Positions 29,336 to 46,174 of a stretch of 64,000 bases of DNA are shown piece after piece. A model generated the notes under the pieces. It worked only from the letters and a program-made list of their open reading frames with translations. It made no database searches and was not told the DNA's origin. The DNA comes from Eubacteriales bacterium (GTDB lineage Bacteria > Bacillota > Clostridia > Oscillospirales > UMGS1783), in contig JAZOAH010000028.1 of assembly GCA_045595395.1 (NCBI GenBank), positions 90,339 to 154,338 of the forward strand, given 5' to 3'. Positions within the stretch are counted from its first letter, which is position 1. The number at the start of each line of letters is the position of its first letter. A program made the translations under genes and the position numbers.

Positions 29336-30505
29336 TTATTTTAAAAGCGAAAGAAGTTCCTGCGCCTTGGAGGTATCCTCCCACATCACGCCCAGTTCCT
29401 CACGACCCATATGACCGTAGGAAGACAGCGGCGTATAGATGGGCGCACGCAGTTTCAAGTCCTCAATAATAGCGGCCGGGCGCAGATCAAAGCAACGGGT
29501 CACGGCTGCTGTCAACTTCTCTTCATCCACCTTGCCGGTACCGAAGGTGTCGACCAGAACCGAGACCGGCTGGGCCACACCGATGGCATAGGCCAGCTGC
29601 ACCTCGCAGCGTTCGGCAAGCCCCGCCTTGACGATGGTCTTAGCTACACGGCGAGCCGCATAGGCCGAGGAACGGTCGACCTTAGTGGCGTCCTTGCCCG
29701 AAAAAGCTCCGCCACCGTGACGACCCATGCCGCCGTAGGTATCGACAATGATCTTGCGTCCGGTCAGGCCTGAGTCGCGGCAGGGCCCGCCGATGACAAA
29801 GCGGCCGGTGGGGTTGACCAGAATGCGGGCATCCTGAATCATCTGTGCCGGCAGGATGGGCTTGATGACCTCTTCAATGATGGCTTCGCGGATCTCCGAC
29901 AGGGTAACATCGGCCGCATGCTGCGAGGAAACGACAATGGTATCAATAGCTACCGGGTGCCCGTCTTCATAGCGCACCGAAACCTGAGTCTTGCCGTCGG
30001 GACGCAGGAAGGGCAGCACGCCCGACTTGCGCACGTCGGTCAGCTTGTATGCTAACTTATGGGCATAGGAAATAGGCATCGGCATCAGCTCCGGCGTTTC
30101 ATTGCAGGCATAGCCGAACATCATGCCCTGGTCCCCCGCTCCAATATCAAAACCGTTGCTCTCCTTGGCCTCCAGCGACTGATCAACGCCCATCGCAATA
30201 TCGGGCGACTGCTTGTCCAGTGCGGTGAGAATACCGCAGGTGGCGGCATCAAAGCCGAATTCACTGCTGGTATAACCGATCTCAGTGATGGCATGACGCA
30301 CCAGCGCCGGAATGTCGACCTGGGCCGAAGACGTGATCTCGCCCATGACCAGCACCTGACCAGTCGTGATAGCCGTTTCGCAGGCAACACGGGACATGGG
30401 ATCTTGTGCCAGCATAGCATCGAGCACCGAGTCGGAAATACGGTCGCAAATTTTATCGGGATGACCTTCAGTCACCGATTCAGATGTAAATAAATAATTT
30501 CTCAT
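29336..30505 (-). CDS. metK: methionine adenosyltransferase
   Basis: [22 protein letters not shown] and GGGAFSGKD motifs. The start at 30505 follows AGGAG. Confidence 0.95.
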   Translation of the reverse strand: MRNYLFTSESVTEGHPDKICDRISDSVLDAMLAQDPMSRVACETAITTGQVLVMGEITSSAQVDIPALVRHAITEIGYTSSEFGFDAATCGILTALDKQSPDIAMGVDQSLEAKESNGFDIGAGDQGMMFGYACNETPELMPMPISYAHKLAYKLTDVRKSGVLPFLRPDGKTQVSVRYEDGHPVAIDTIVVSSQHAADVTLSEIREAIIEEVIKPILPAQMIQDARILVNPTGRFVIGGPCRDSGLTGRKIIVDTYGGMGRHGGGAFSGKDATKVDRSSAYAARRVAKTIVKAGLAERCEVQLAYAIGVAQPVSVLVDTFGTGKVDEEKLTAAVTRCFDLRPAAIIEDLKLRAPIYTPLSSYGHMGREELGVMWEDTSKAQELLSLLK

Positions 30506-30523
30506 TTTTCTTCTCCTTTGCAT

Positions 30524-30662
30524 GAAAAAATGCGCTCTCAAACCAAGAGCGCATTGAAAATCTTATCTATCGGACGATCGTCCGCAGGATTTAACACCTT
30601 GCGCCTACACGCAGGTTGTCGGGCTTCACAGGGCCAGTCCCTCCACCCCTCTTGATAATCAA
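30524..30662 (-). promoter_or_regulatory. SAM-I (S-box) riboswitch with terminator, metK leader
   Basis: The minus strand reads TTATCAAGAGGGGTGGAGGGACTGGCCCTGTGAAGCCCGACAACC...AAGGTGTTAAATCCTGCGGA, which matches the S-box core. It is followed by AATGCGCTCTTGG-TTTGA-GAGCGCATTTTTT. A TTGACA-17-TATACT promoter lies at 30708-30680. Confidence 0.9.
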
Positions 30663-30704
30663 TATTTAATTCCATTAACAGTATACGGGAAATGTCGCTT
30701 GCTG

Positions 30705-31295
30705 TCAAGTTTTTTTGAGAATCGGTCTGAGTTTTTTATAAACAAGAAAACAGATCAAGGCGTCGATCAGACCTTTGACTGTTGTAAAGGGCAAATTAAA
30801 GATCAATAGCGATTTGAGAATACTGTCCACACCCGGCAGAATAGCCTGATAAGCCGACAGAATGACCTGCTCGGGGATCATAATCTGATAGTAGATCGGG
30901 TAAACCAGAAAATAATTGATAGCCACACAAGCAACGCCCATGGTAACGGCGCCCACCAATGAGCCGATCAGTGCCGATGCACGATTTTTGCGCCACCGAT
31001 AGATCAAGCCGGCCGGCACAACAAGAAAGATGCCCATCAAAAAGTTCGCCAACTCCCCCACTCCGGCCGTGCTGGTCACCAGCAAATGCAGAGCATTTTT
31101 GAGGAAGCAGACCAAAATTCCGTAAGCCGGACCGTAAGCAAAGGAGGCAATCAAGGCAGGCAACTCGGAAAAATCAAACTTGATAAAGTTCGGCATAATA
31201 GGAACGCCGAATTCCAAAAACATCAGAATAAAGCCAATCGCACCCAGAATTGCCGTCACAACTAGGGCACGCAGATTTTTATTTTTTGCAGACAT
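30705..31295 (-). CDS. ribU: ECF transporter S component, riboflavin type (RibU-like)
   Basis: About 196-aa six-TM protein with FDFSELPALIASFAYGP. An FMN riboswitch precedes it. The start at 31295 follows AAGGAG. Confidence 0.8.
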   Translation of the reverse strand: MSAKNKNLRALVVTAILGAIGFILMFLEFGVPIMPNFIKFDFSELPALIASFAYGPAYGILVCFLKNALHLLVTSTAGVGELANFLMGIFLVVPAGLIYRWRKNRASALIGSLVGAVTMGVACVAINYFLVYPIYYQIMIPEQVILSAYQAILPGVDSILKSLLIFNLPFTTVKGLIDALICFLVYKKLRPILKKT

Positions 31296-31315
31296 AATAA
31301 CTCCTTTTCCCGGCG

Positions 31316-31472
31316 AATAAAAAAACCGCCGACAAAAGTCTGCGGGTCGCATAAAGGAAATCTTCTTCCATCCGGACTTTACCGTCGGTCACGGAATTAC
31401 ACCGTGTCATGCCGTAAGGCTTGCAGACTTTACTGCCGGTGGGGAATCACACCCCGCCCCGAAGACTTTACA
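31316..31472 (-). promoter_or_regulatory. FMN riboswitch (RFN element)
   Basis: The minus strand reads GTCTTCGGGGCGGGGTGTGATTCCCCACCGGCAGTAAAGTCTGCAAGCC...GGTGTAATTCCGTGACCGACGGTAAAGTCCGGATGGAAGAAGA, matching the RFN consensus. A hairpin and U-run precede the RBS. Confidence 0.9.
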
Positions 31473-31485
31473 TATAAAATTGGGA

Positions 31486-31517
31486 ATTGCAGCAGTGGGT
31501 TGCCCCACTGCTGCAAT
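31486..31517 (-). terminator. hairpin terminator after tuf
   Basis: ATTGCAGCAGTGGG-TTGC-CCCACTGCTGCAAT: a 14-bp perfect stem 9 nt past the tuf stop. The U-tract is interrupted (TTCCCAATTTT). Confidence 0.65.
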
Positions 31518-31526
31518 AAAGGCAAA

Positions 31527-32729
31527 TTACTCGTTGATAGCAGTAACAACGCCCGAACCAACGGTACGGCCGCCTTCACGGATAGCGAAGCGCAGACCTT
31601 CTTCGATAGCGATCGGGGTGATCAGTTCAACGTTCAGCTCAACGTTGTCGCCGCCCTGGCACATCTGAACATCTTCAGGCAGGGTGATAACGCCGGTAAC
31701 CTCGGTTGCTCTGAAATAGAACTGAGGACGATAGTTGTTGAAGAACGGAGTATGACGGCCACCCTCGTCCTTGGTCAGTACATAAACGCTGCCCTTGAAC
31801 TTGGTGTGAGGCTTAATGGTGCCGGGCTTAGCCAGAACCTGGCCGCGCTCGATCTCTTTACGCTGGATGCCACGGAGCAGGCAGCCTGCGTTGTCGCCGG
31901 CTTCAACATAGTCGAGAACCTTATGGAACATTTCCATGGAGGTAACGACAGTCTTGCGGATCTCATCGGTCAGACCAACGATTTCAACTTCATCGCCGGG
32001 CTTGAGCTGGCCACGCTCAACACGACCGGTAGCAACAGTACCACGGCCGGTGATGGTGAATACGTCCTCAACAGGCATCAGGAAGGGCATGTCAGCCTTT
32101 CTGTCAGGAGTGGGGATGTAATCATCAACAGACTGCATCAGCTCAACGATAGGAGCATAAGCAGCATCGGAAGGATCATTGGAAGCGCACTCCAGAGCAG
32201 CCAGAGCCGAGCCCTTAACGATGGGAATATCATCGCCGGGGAACTCGTAGCTGGAAAGCAGATCGCGGATCTCCATCTCGACGAGCTCGAGAAGCTCTTC
32301 GTCGTCAACCTGGTCAACCTTGTTCATGAAGACAACGATGGAAGGAACGCCAACCTGACGGGCGAGCAGGATGTGCTCACGGGTCTGGGGCATCGGGCCG
32401 TCAGCAGAAGAAACGACGAGGATAGCGCCGTCCATCTGAGCAGCACCGGTGATCATGTTCTTAACGTAGTCAGCATGGCCCGGGCAGTCAACGTGAGCAT
32501 AGTGACGAGCGTCAGTCTCATACTCAACGTGAGCGGTATTGATGGTGATACCACGCTCTCTCTCTTCGGGAGCCTTATCGATGTTGGCATAGTCCTCGAA
32601 CTGTGCCTGGCCCTTCAGGGACAGAACCTTGGTGATTGCAGCGGTCAGAGTGGTCTTACCATGGTCAACGTGACCAATGGTGCCGATGTTTACATGCGGC
32701 TTAGTTCTTTCAAATTTAGCCTTTGCCAT
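31527..32729 (-). CDS. tuf: elongation factor Tu
   Basis: [33 protein letters not shown]... 400 aa. Confidence 0.98.
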   Translation of the reverse strand: MAKAKFERTKPHVNIGTIGHVDHGKTTLTAAITKVLSLKGQAQFEDYANIDKAPEERERGITINTAHVEYETDARHYAHVDCPGHADYVKNMITGAAQMDGAILVVSSADGPMPQTREHILLARQVGVPSIVVFMNKVDQVDDEELLELVEMEIRDLLSSYEFPGDDIPIVKGSALAALECASNDPSDAAYAPIVELMQSVDDYIPTPDRKADMPFLMPVEDVFTITGRGTVATGRVERGQLKPGDEVEIVGLTDEIRKTVVTSMEMFHKVLDYVEAGDNAGCLLRGIQRKEIERGQVLAKPGTIKPHTKFKGSVYVLTKDEGGRHTPFFNNYRPQFYFRATEVTGVITLPEDVQMCQGGDNVELNVELITPIAIEEGLRFAIREGGRTVGSGVVTAINE

Positions 32730-32790
32730 TGTAGTTTCCCCTTTCTTAGGTGAAATTTTTTTATTTAATAATTGCTAAAACGGATACAAA

Positions 32791-34866
32791 TTACTTCTGG
32801 GCACGTTTGCCGATGATCTCTTCCTGGATGGACTTAGGCACTTCCATGTAGTGGCTGGGTTCCATCGAGTACTGGCCACGGCCCTGAGATTTGGAGCGCA
32901 GGTCGGTCGCATAACCGAACATGCAGGCGAGAGGAACGTTAGCAGTGATCTGCTTAGCGCCCGACACCTGATCGAGGCTGACGATCTGACCACGTCTGGA
33001 GTTGAGGTCGCCGATGACATCGCCCATGTATTCTTCAGGAACAACGACAACGACCTTCATGATCGGCTCGGTCAGAACCGGATCGGCCTTGCGCATGGCC
33101 TCCTTGAATGCCATAGAGCCGGCGATCTTGAAGGCAGACTCAGAGGAGTCGACCTCATGGTACGAGCCATCATAAAGGGTGACCTTGCAGTCAACCACAT
33201 TATATCCGGCCAGTACACCGGTCTTGGTAGCACCCTGGATACCGGCATCGACAGCGGGGATATATTCCTTGGGAATAGCACCGCCGACGATCTTGTTGAT
33301 AAATTCGTAACCCTTGCCGGGCTCGTTGGGCTCGAGAGTGATCTTAAGGTGACCATACTGACCCTTACCACCGGACTGACGGGCATACTTCATATCGACA
33401 TCGGCCGACTTGCGGATGGTCTCCTTGTAGGAAACATGGGGCTTGCCCACGTTTGCCTCAACACGGAACTCACGCAGCAGACGGTCAACGATGATCTCCA
33501 GATGGAGCTCACCCATACCGGCGATGATGGTCTGACCCGTCTCTTCGTCGGTGTAGGTGCGGAAGGTCGGATCTTCTTCAGCCAGTCTGGCCAGAGCAAG
33601 ACCCATCTTTTCCTGACCGGCCTTGGTCTTGGGCTCGATGGCTACGCGGATAACAGGATCCGGGAATTCCATCGACTCAAGGATGACCTCAGCCTTTTCG
33701 TCGCACAGGGTATCACCGGTGGTGGTGTTCTTAAGTCCGACAGCAGCGGCGATATCGCCGGCATAGACCTCTTCCACATCCTCACGGTGGTTAGCGTGCA
33801 TACGCAGGATTCTGCCGAAGCGCTCTTTGTTCTGCTTGGTGGAGTTGTAAACACCGGAGCCGGTCTTGATCTGACCGGAGTAAACTCTGAAGAAGCAGAG
33901 CTTACCGACAAAGGGGTCGGTCGCGATCTTGAAAGCAAGAGCGGCGAACGGCTCTTTGTCGTCCGACTTACGTTCGGTCTCCTCGCCTTCAGGGGTAACA
34001 CCCTTGATAGCAGGAACATCGATCGGGGACGGCATATAGTCAACGATAGCATCCAGCAGCTTCTGAACGCCCTTATTACGATAGGACGTACCGCAGCAAA
34101 CAGGAACGATCTCGTTGTCAATGGTGGCCTTACGGATAGCAGCCTTGAGCTCGTCGATGGTGATCTCTTCGTCCATGAGGAACTTCTCCATGAGCACATC
34201 GTCATGGGCGCAGACCTCTTCGACCAGAGCCGCACGATACTCTTCGGCCTTCTCCAGCATATCGGCAGGAACTTCTTCCACACGCATATCCTTACCCAGC
34301 TCGTCATAATAGACATCCGCCTTCATTTCGAGCAGGTCGATCACGCCGCGGAACTGAGCTTCCGAGCCGATAGGAAGCTGAATGGGAACGGGATTGCACT
34401 TGAGGCGTTCCTTCATCATGTTGACAACATTGTAGAAGTCAGCACCCATAATGTCCATCTTATTGACATAGGCCATACGGGGTACACGATAGTTGTTCGC
34501 CTGGCGCCATACCGTTTCGGACTGGGGCTCAACGCCGCCCTTGGCACAAAGAACGGTCACCGAACCGTCAAGAACACGCAGGGAACGCTCAACCTCAACA
34601 GTGAAGTCAACGTGGCCCGGGGTGTCGATGATGTTGATTCTGTGATCCTTCCAGAAACAAGTGGTAGCGGCAGAGGTGATGGTAATACCACGCTCTTGCT
34701 CCTGCTCCATCCAGTCCATGGTGGCGGTACCGTCATGGGTATCGCCGATCTTGTAATTGACACCGGTATAGTACAGAATGCGCTCGGTGGTGGTAGTCTT
34801 ACCAGCATCGATGTGCGCCATAATGCCTATATTACGGTATTTGCTGATCTCATGGGTTCTAGGCAT
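32791..34866 (-). CDS. fusA: elongation factor G
   Basis: [25 protein letters not shown]... 691 aa. It holds the position between rpsG and tuf. Confidence 0.98.
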   Translation of the reverse strand: MPRTHEISKYRNIGIMAHIDAGKTTTTERILYYTGVNYKIGDTHDGTATMDWMEQEQERGITITSAATTCFWKDHRINIIDTPGHVDFTVEVERSLRVLDGSVTVLCAKGGVEPQSETVWRQANNYRVPRMAYVNKMDIMGADFYNVVNMMKERLKCNPVPIQLPIGSEAQFRGVIDLLEMKADVYYDELGKDMRVEEVPADMLEKAEEYRAALVEEVCAHDDVLMEKFLMDEEITIDELKAAIRKATIDNEIVPVCCGTSYRNKGVQKLLDAIVDYMPSPIDVPAIKGVTPEGEETERKSDDKEPFAALAFKIATDPFVGKLCFFRVYSGQIKTGSGVYNSTKQNKERFGRILRMHANHREDVEEVYAGDIAAAVGLKNTTTGDTLCDEKAEVILESMEFPDPVIRVAIEPKTKAGQEKMGLALARLAEEDPTFRTYTDEETGQTIIAGMGELHLEIIVDRLLREFRVEANVGKPHVSYKETIRKSADVDMKYARQSGGKGQYGHLKITLEPNEPGKGYEFINKIVGGAIPKEYIPAVDAGIQGATKTGVLAGYNVVDCKVTLYDGSYHEVDSSESAFKIAGSMAFKEAMRKADPVLTEPIMKVVVVVPEEYMGDVIGDLNSRRGQIVSLDQVSGAKQITANVPLACMFGYATDLRSKSQGRGQYSMEPSHYMEVPKSIQEEIIGKRAQK

Positions 34867-34902
34867 GGTTTTTCTCCTTAATTCCTCAGCATTAGGCTGC
34901 CA

Positions 34903-35373
34903 TTACCAACGGTAATGAGCGAAAGCCTTGTTTGCTTCGGCCATCTTGTGTGTGTCGTCTCTCTTCTTGATGGCGCCGCCCGTTTCATGGATGGCGTCAA
35001 CGATCTCGTTGGCAAGTCTTTCCTTCATAGTACGCTCGCTTCTGGCGCGAGAGTAGTTGGTCAGCCAACGCAGACCGAGAGTCTGGCGACGTTCAGGGCG
35101 TACTTCCATAGGAACCTGGTAGGTAGCACCACCAACACGTCTGGCCTTGACTTCGAGGACAGGCATAATGTTTTCCATAGCCTGTTCGAAAACCTTCAGC
35201 GGATTCTCGCCGGTCTTCTCACTAATGATGTCGAATGCATCATACACAATTTTCTGCGCAACGCCCTTCTTGCCATCCAGCATGATGCTGTTGATCAGAC
35301 GGGTGACAAGCTTGCTGTTATACACGGGATCGGGCAGAACATCTCTTTTCGAAATTTGACCTCTTCTAGGCAC
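34903..35373 (-). CDS. rpsG: 30S ribosomal protein S7
   Basis: (M)[27 protein letters not shown]... GTG start at 35373 after GAAGGAGGG. I reject the ORF-track start at 35406. Confidence 0.95.
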   Translation of the reverse strand: MPRRGQISKRDVLPDPVYNSKLVTRLINSIMLDGKKGVAQKIVYDAFDIISEKTGENPLKVFEQAMENIMPVLEVKARRVGGATYQVPMEVRPERRQTLGLRWLTNYSRARSERTMKERLANEIVDAIHETGGAIKKRDDTHKMAEANKAFAHYRW

Positions 35374-35500
35374 TTTTCTTCCCTCCTTCACATAAAATGC
35401 TCTCATAGGTACTCGAAAGTAGATTCTTCCGTCAGTGCTTTGGAAAAGGCTTATATATAGAAAGCCAACAAAGCACTACATTGTTTTGTCGCCTACGAAA

Positions 35501-35920
35501 TTACTTGGACTTTTTGGGACGCTTGGCACCGTACTTGGATCTACCCTGCAGACGGTTAGCCACGCCCTGTGCGTCAAGAGTACCGCGGATGATGTGGTAA
35601 CGAACACCCGGAAGGTCTCTGACACGGCCGCCTCTGATCAGAACAACGCTGTGCTCCTGCAGATTGTGGCCGATACCGGGAATGTAGCTGGTAACTTCGA
35701 TACCATTGGTAAGACGCACACGAGCGATCTTACGAAGGGCCGAGTTAGGCTTCTTCGGGGTGGTGGTCTTAACACCGGTGCAAACACCACGCTTCTGAGG
35801 CGAGCACTGCTTGGTGGGTTTCTGCTTAAGCGTGTTCATACCCTTGTTCAGAGCGGGAGCAACCGACTTCTTGACCGACACCTCTCTACCGGTTCTGACG
35901 AGCTGGTTAAAGGTTGGCAT
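35501..35920 (-). CDS. rpsL: 30S ribosomal protein S12
   Basis: [12 protein letters not shown]...KKPNSALRK... 139 aa. Confidence 0.98.
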   Translation of the reverse strand: MPTFNQLVRTGREVSVKKSVAPALNKGMNTLKQKPTKQCSPQKRGVCTGVKTTTPKKPNSALRKIARVRLTNGIEVTSYIPGIGHNLQEHSVVLIRGGRVRDLPGVRYHIIRGTLDAQGVANRLQGRSKYGAKRPKKSK

Positions 35921-35966
35921 ATGGCACCTCCTTCTTTAAAATTCTTAAATCTATGAGAAAATAAAT

Positions 35967-36218
35967 TTAAGTGCTGCTTAATACTGCGCATGCACTGGCT
36001 CCGACCCGTATCCCGGCCGCTGCGCCCAACTGGCGCATGCTGTCGGCCTCGATACAGTCGATCCCGGCCGCTTGGCAGGCCGTCACGATCTCGACTCGCA
36101 GGCCTTCCTGCGCATCCTTGGCAATGAAGACTGCTTTGGCCTTGCCGTTTTGGATGGCACGTAGCGTTTGTTTACGCCCCGTCACCACACTATTCTTATC
36201 AAAACGGTCAAGCAACAT
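35967..36218 (-). CDS. ribosomal L7Ae/L30e/S12e/Gadd45 family protein (YbxF-like)
   Basis: 83 aa. ...VTGRKQTLRAIQNGKAKAVFIAKDA.... It has the Firmicute-typical position between rpoC and rpsL. Confidence 0.8.
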   Translation of the reverse strand: MLLDRFDKNSVVTGRKQTLRAIQNGKAKAVFIAKDAQEGLRVEIVTACQAAGIDCIEADSMRQLGAAAGIRVGASACAVLSST

Positions 36219-36248
36219 ACAGTTTCACCCCAGTCGCACACGCAGTAT

Positions 36249-36273
36249 ATTATACCCTTTTTTTGGCTTAAAG

Positions 36274-36277
<4 letters not shown>
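36249..36277 (-). promoter_or_regulatory. sigma-A type promoter for the L7Ae-rpsL-rpsG-fusA-tuf unit
   Basis: Minus strand: TTGACT (36277-36272, overlapping the rpoC stop), 17-nt spacer, TATAAT (36254-36249). Confidence 0.55.
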
Positions 36278-39837
<3,560 letters not shown>

Positions 39838-39849
39838 CCAATCACTCCC

Positions 39850-43569
<3,720 letters not shown>

Positions 43570-43626
43570 AACAAGCAATCACTCCTTCATTTTTGTGAAA
43601 AGCATTTGATATACCACACCTACTAC

Positions 43627-43655
43627 TTGACCTTTTCCCGATACTGTGCTATAAT
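43627..43655 (+). promoter_or_regulatory. near-consensus sigma-A promoter with no CDS downstream (see findings)
   Basis: TTGACC (43627-43632), 17-nt spacer ending in TGc (extended -10), TATAAT (43650-43655). Confidence 0.45.
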
Positions 43656-43703
43656 CCACAATAAGCGAAATGCGTATGATAGGCAGTATAATATCAATTT
43701 AGC

Positions 43704-43732
43704 ATTTTATCACTAATTCAAGGGCTTGTCAA
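43704..43732 (-). promoter_or_regulatory. sigma-A type promoter for rpoB-rpoC
   Basis: Minus strand: TTGACA (43732-43727), 17-nt spacer, TAAAAT (43709-43704). This implies a leader of roughly 125 nt. Confidence 0.55.
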
Positions 43733-43745
43733 TAACTTTTAACAA

Positions 43746-43779
43746 AAAAAGGAATGCAGAACATTCTGCATTCCTTTTG
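43746..43779. terminator. bidirectional terminator hairpin
   Basis: AAAAAAAGGAATGCAGAA-CAT-TCTGCATTCCTTTTGTT. On the minus strand it follows the HAD gene stop and is followed by seven U. Confidence 0.85.
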
Positions 43780-44571
43780 TTATACCAGCGCATTCAAAAT
43801 TTCAGCCGCACTCTCCAGCACGACCTCCGGCTTTTCCTCCGACGCCTCCAGAATCTCCCTCGTGGTTTCCCCTGAAAGCACCAAGGCCGTATGGGTACCG
43901 GCCGCCAGGCCGCTCTTGATATCGGTGTAGATACGGTCACCGATCACCAAGGTATGCTCGGCGTCGATCCCCCACTTGTCCATGGCCAGCATAGGCATCA
44001 GCGGCTCGGGTTTGCCAATGACGGTCGGGCGGCGCCCCGATACGTTATACAGCATATCGCACACGCTGCCGCAGTCGGGCACACTGCCAAACTCGGTCGG
44101 GCAGACATAGTCGGGGTTGGTGGCAATATAGGGCATCTCGGGATGACCCAGCAGCAGCTTGGACACTTCCTCCAATTTCTTAAAGGTCAGCTCGGTATCA
44201 AAGCCCATCACGATACATTCGACCTTGTCCAGTTCCTCAGTCACAGCAAAGCCCTGCTTGCGCAACTCCTCTTTCAAGGACTCGGTGCCGCAGACATAGA
44301 GGGTCTTGCCGGCATGATGCTTTTGCAGGTAATAGGCCGTCGCCTGGGATGAGGTGATAAAATCCTCTGCGGTTGATCGGATGCCCAGTTTGTCCAGCTT
44401 TTTTATATAATCTTTGACGCTTTTCGATGAATTATTGGTCATAAACAAGTACTTTGCGCCCGTTTTTGTGATGGTTTTGAGCAATTTTTCGGTAAAATCG
44501 AAGAGTTTATTGCCCAAATATAACGTACCATCCATATCAAACAGATACAATTTTATGCCCTTGACATTCAT
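43780..44571 (-). CDS. HAD-IIA family sugar-phosphate phosphatase (NagD-like)
   Basis: LFDMDGTLY motif I, MTNNSS motif II, and GDRIYTDI motif IV-like. Confidence 0.8.
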   Translation of the reverse strand: MNVKGIKLYLFDMDGTLYLGNKLFDFTEKLLKTITKTGAKYLFMTNNSSKSVKDYIKKLDKLGIRSTAEDFITSSQATAYYLQKHHAGKTLYVCGTESLKEELRKQGFAVTEELDKVECIVMGFDTELTFKKLEEVSKLLLGHPEMPYIATNPDYVCPTEFGSVPDCGSVCDMLYNVSGRRPTVIGKPEPLMPMLAMDKWGIDAEHTLVIGDRIYTDIKSGLAAGTHTALVLSGETTREILEASEEKPEVVLESAAEILNALV

Positions 44572-44583
44572 CGTCTACCTCTT

Positions 44584-44931
44584 TTAGTCAATCGACTTGG
44601 TTGCGATCACCTTAGTGCCGTATACATCATCGCACACAACATCGCCGATGGCAATAGGCGCCTGAACGGTCGTTTGGCGGATGATCTGCATCAGATCGAA
44701 AATATGCTCCTTGGGAATGGGGGCTTCGGTCTTGACGCTGACCATGGTATCCTCACGATTGGCCACACGCACGATCGAGGTAACGGTGCGGGTCGGATGC
44801 AGGCACTCGTCGTGGCCGTAGACAGCGCCCTTGGGACAGGCGTTGCCTTCTACCTTGACCTCTTCCCCGTTGATTTCCACCTGCAAAGCACAGCCTCTGG
44901 GACAAATAATACAGGTCAGTTCTCTTTTCAT
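44584..44931 (-). CDS. DUF1667 domain protein
   Basis: 115 aa. CIICPRGC...GNACPKG cysteine motifs. It is the third gene of the Clostridial glpA-like trio. Confidence 0.7.
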   Translation of the reverse strand: MKRELTCIICPRGCALQVEINGEEVKVEGNACPKGAVYGHDECLHPTRTVTSIVRVANREDTMVSVKTEAPIPKEHIFDLMQIIRQTTVQAPIAIGDVVCDDVYGTKVIATKSID

Positions 44932-46172
44932 TGGATCTCCTCCAGACTTACCGTCAACTCCTGCGCCGCCGCCATCTTGGCAGCCGGTACGCGGATCTTT
45001 TCCATTTCACCGGGAGCGGCCTTAAGGCGCATAGCCTGCACCAGGACCTCATCACCCGACTTGACCGAAAATCTTACCTTGCCGTAGGGCTTATCGACAC
45101 GCAGGAAGAGGGACACATCCTTCCCTTCCTGTGCCACACGCTGCGGCAGAACATAGCGCACACCGTTTCCGGCATGGGTGGCCAGCGACGCTTGGGTCGC
45201 ACAAGCACCCAGCACCAGCTCGGCCGCTCCGATACCGGCCAGCTCGGCCTCATCCGAAACATAGTCGACCAGGTCATGCACCTGCAATACGTTGCCGCAG
45301 GCAAAGATGCCGGGGATGTCGGTTTGGCGATTTTGATCGACCACAGCGCCGCCGGTCACACGGTCCATGGTAATACCGGCCGCACGGGTCAATTCGTTTT
45401 CGGGAATCAGACCGCAGGAGAGCAACAGGGTATCACATTCGATAAAACGGCGTGTGCCGGGGATCTCGGCACGCTTGTCATCGACCTGCGCCACCGTCAC
45501 GCCCTCGACCCTCTTTTTGCCGTGGATCTGTACCACCGTGGTGCTCAGATACAGCGGGATATCATAGTCGTGCAGGCACTGCACGATGTTACGGGTCAGA
45601 CCGCCCGAATAACTCATCAATTCGCAGACCGCCTCGACCTTAGCGCCCTCCAGCGACATACGGCGAGCCATGATCAGACCGATATCGCCCGAGCCGAGGA
45701 TGACCACCTTTTTACCGACCATATAGCCCTCGCAGTTGATGAGCTTCTGGGCCGTACCGGCGCTGTAGATGCCGGCGGGACGGGTACCGCAAATATTCAG
45801 TGCGCCACGGCTGCGCTCACGGCAGCCCATGGCCAAGATAACCGCTTTGGCCTGAATTTTGAGAATGCCTTGACGGTTGGTGGCCGTCACCACCTTATCC
45901 TTGGTAACATCGGTGACCATCGTTTCATGATAGACACGGATGCCACGTTCTTTGACCATATCAGCATAAACGGCTGCATACTCAGGGCCGGTCAATTCAC
46001 GGCCGAGTTTATGTAAGCCAAACCCGTTATGAATGCACTGGCGCAGGATACCGCCCAAACTTTCCTCACGATCGAGGATCACGACGTCTTTTACGCCTTT
46101 ATCGTATGCCGCTACTGCCGCCGCCATACCGGCCGGGCCGCCGCCGACAACTACAATATCATGATTTATCAT
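44928..46172 (-). CDS. NAD(P)/FAD-dependent pyridine nucleotide-disulfide oxidoreductase
   Basis: VVVGGGPAGMAAA and VVILGSGDIGL dinucleotide folds. ATGA-type overlap with the DUF1667 gene. Confidence 0.8.
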   Translation of the reverse strand: MINHDIVVVGGGPAGMAAAVAAYDKGVKDVVILDREESLGGILRQCIHNGFGLHKLGRELTGPEYAAVYADMVKERGIRVYHETMVTDVTKDKVVTATNRQGILKIQAKAVILAMGCRERSRGALNICGTRPAGIYSAGTAQKLINCEGYMVGKKVVILGSGDIGLIMARRMSLEGAKVEAVCELMSYSGGLTRNIVQCLHDYDIPLYLSTTVVQIHGKKRVEGVTVAQVDDKRAEIPGTRRFIECDTLLLSCGLIPENELTRAAGITMDRVTGGAVVDQNRQTDIPGIFACGNVLQVHDLVDYVSDEAELAGIGAAELVLGACATQASLATHAGNGVRYVLPQRVAQEGKDVSLFLRVDKPYGKVRFSVKSGDEVLVQAMRLKAAPGEMEKIRVPAAKMAAAQELTVSLEEIQ

Positions 46173-46174
46173 CT

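Noticed and set aside
31404-34881. Long plus-strand ORFs 31404..32753 (449 aa) and 32851..34881 (676 aa).
   Set aside because: They are antisense shadow ORFs of tuf and fusA, for the same codon-bias reason. Their sequences are low complexity, they have no RBS, and the true genes are unambiguous.
43669-43701. A 10-codon ORF (ATG CGT ATG ATA GGC AGT ATA ATA TCA ATT TAG) inside the candidate small RNA.
   Set aside because: It has no Shine-Dalgarno sequence upstream and is too short and unremarkable to support as a coding gene. I treat it as part of a putative non-coding transcript.
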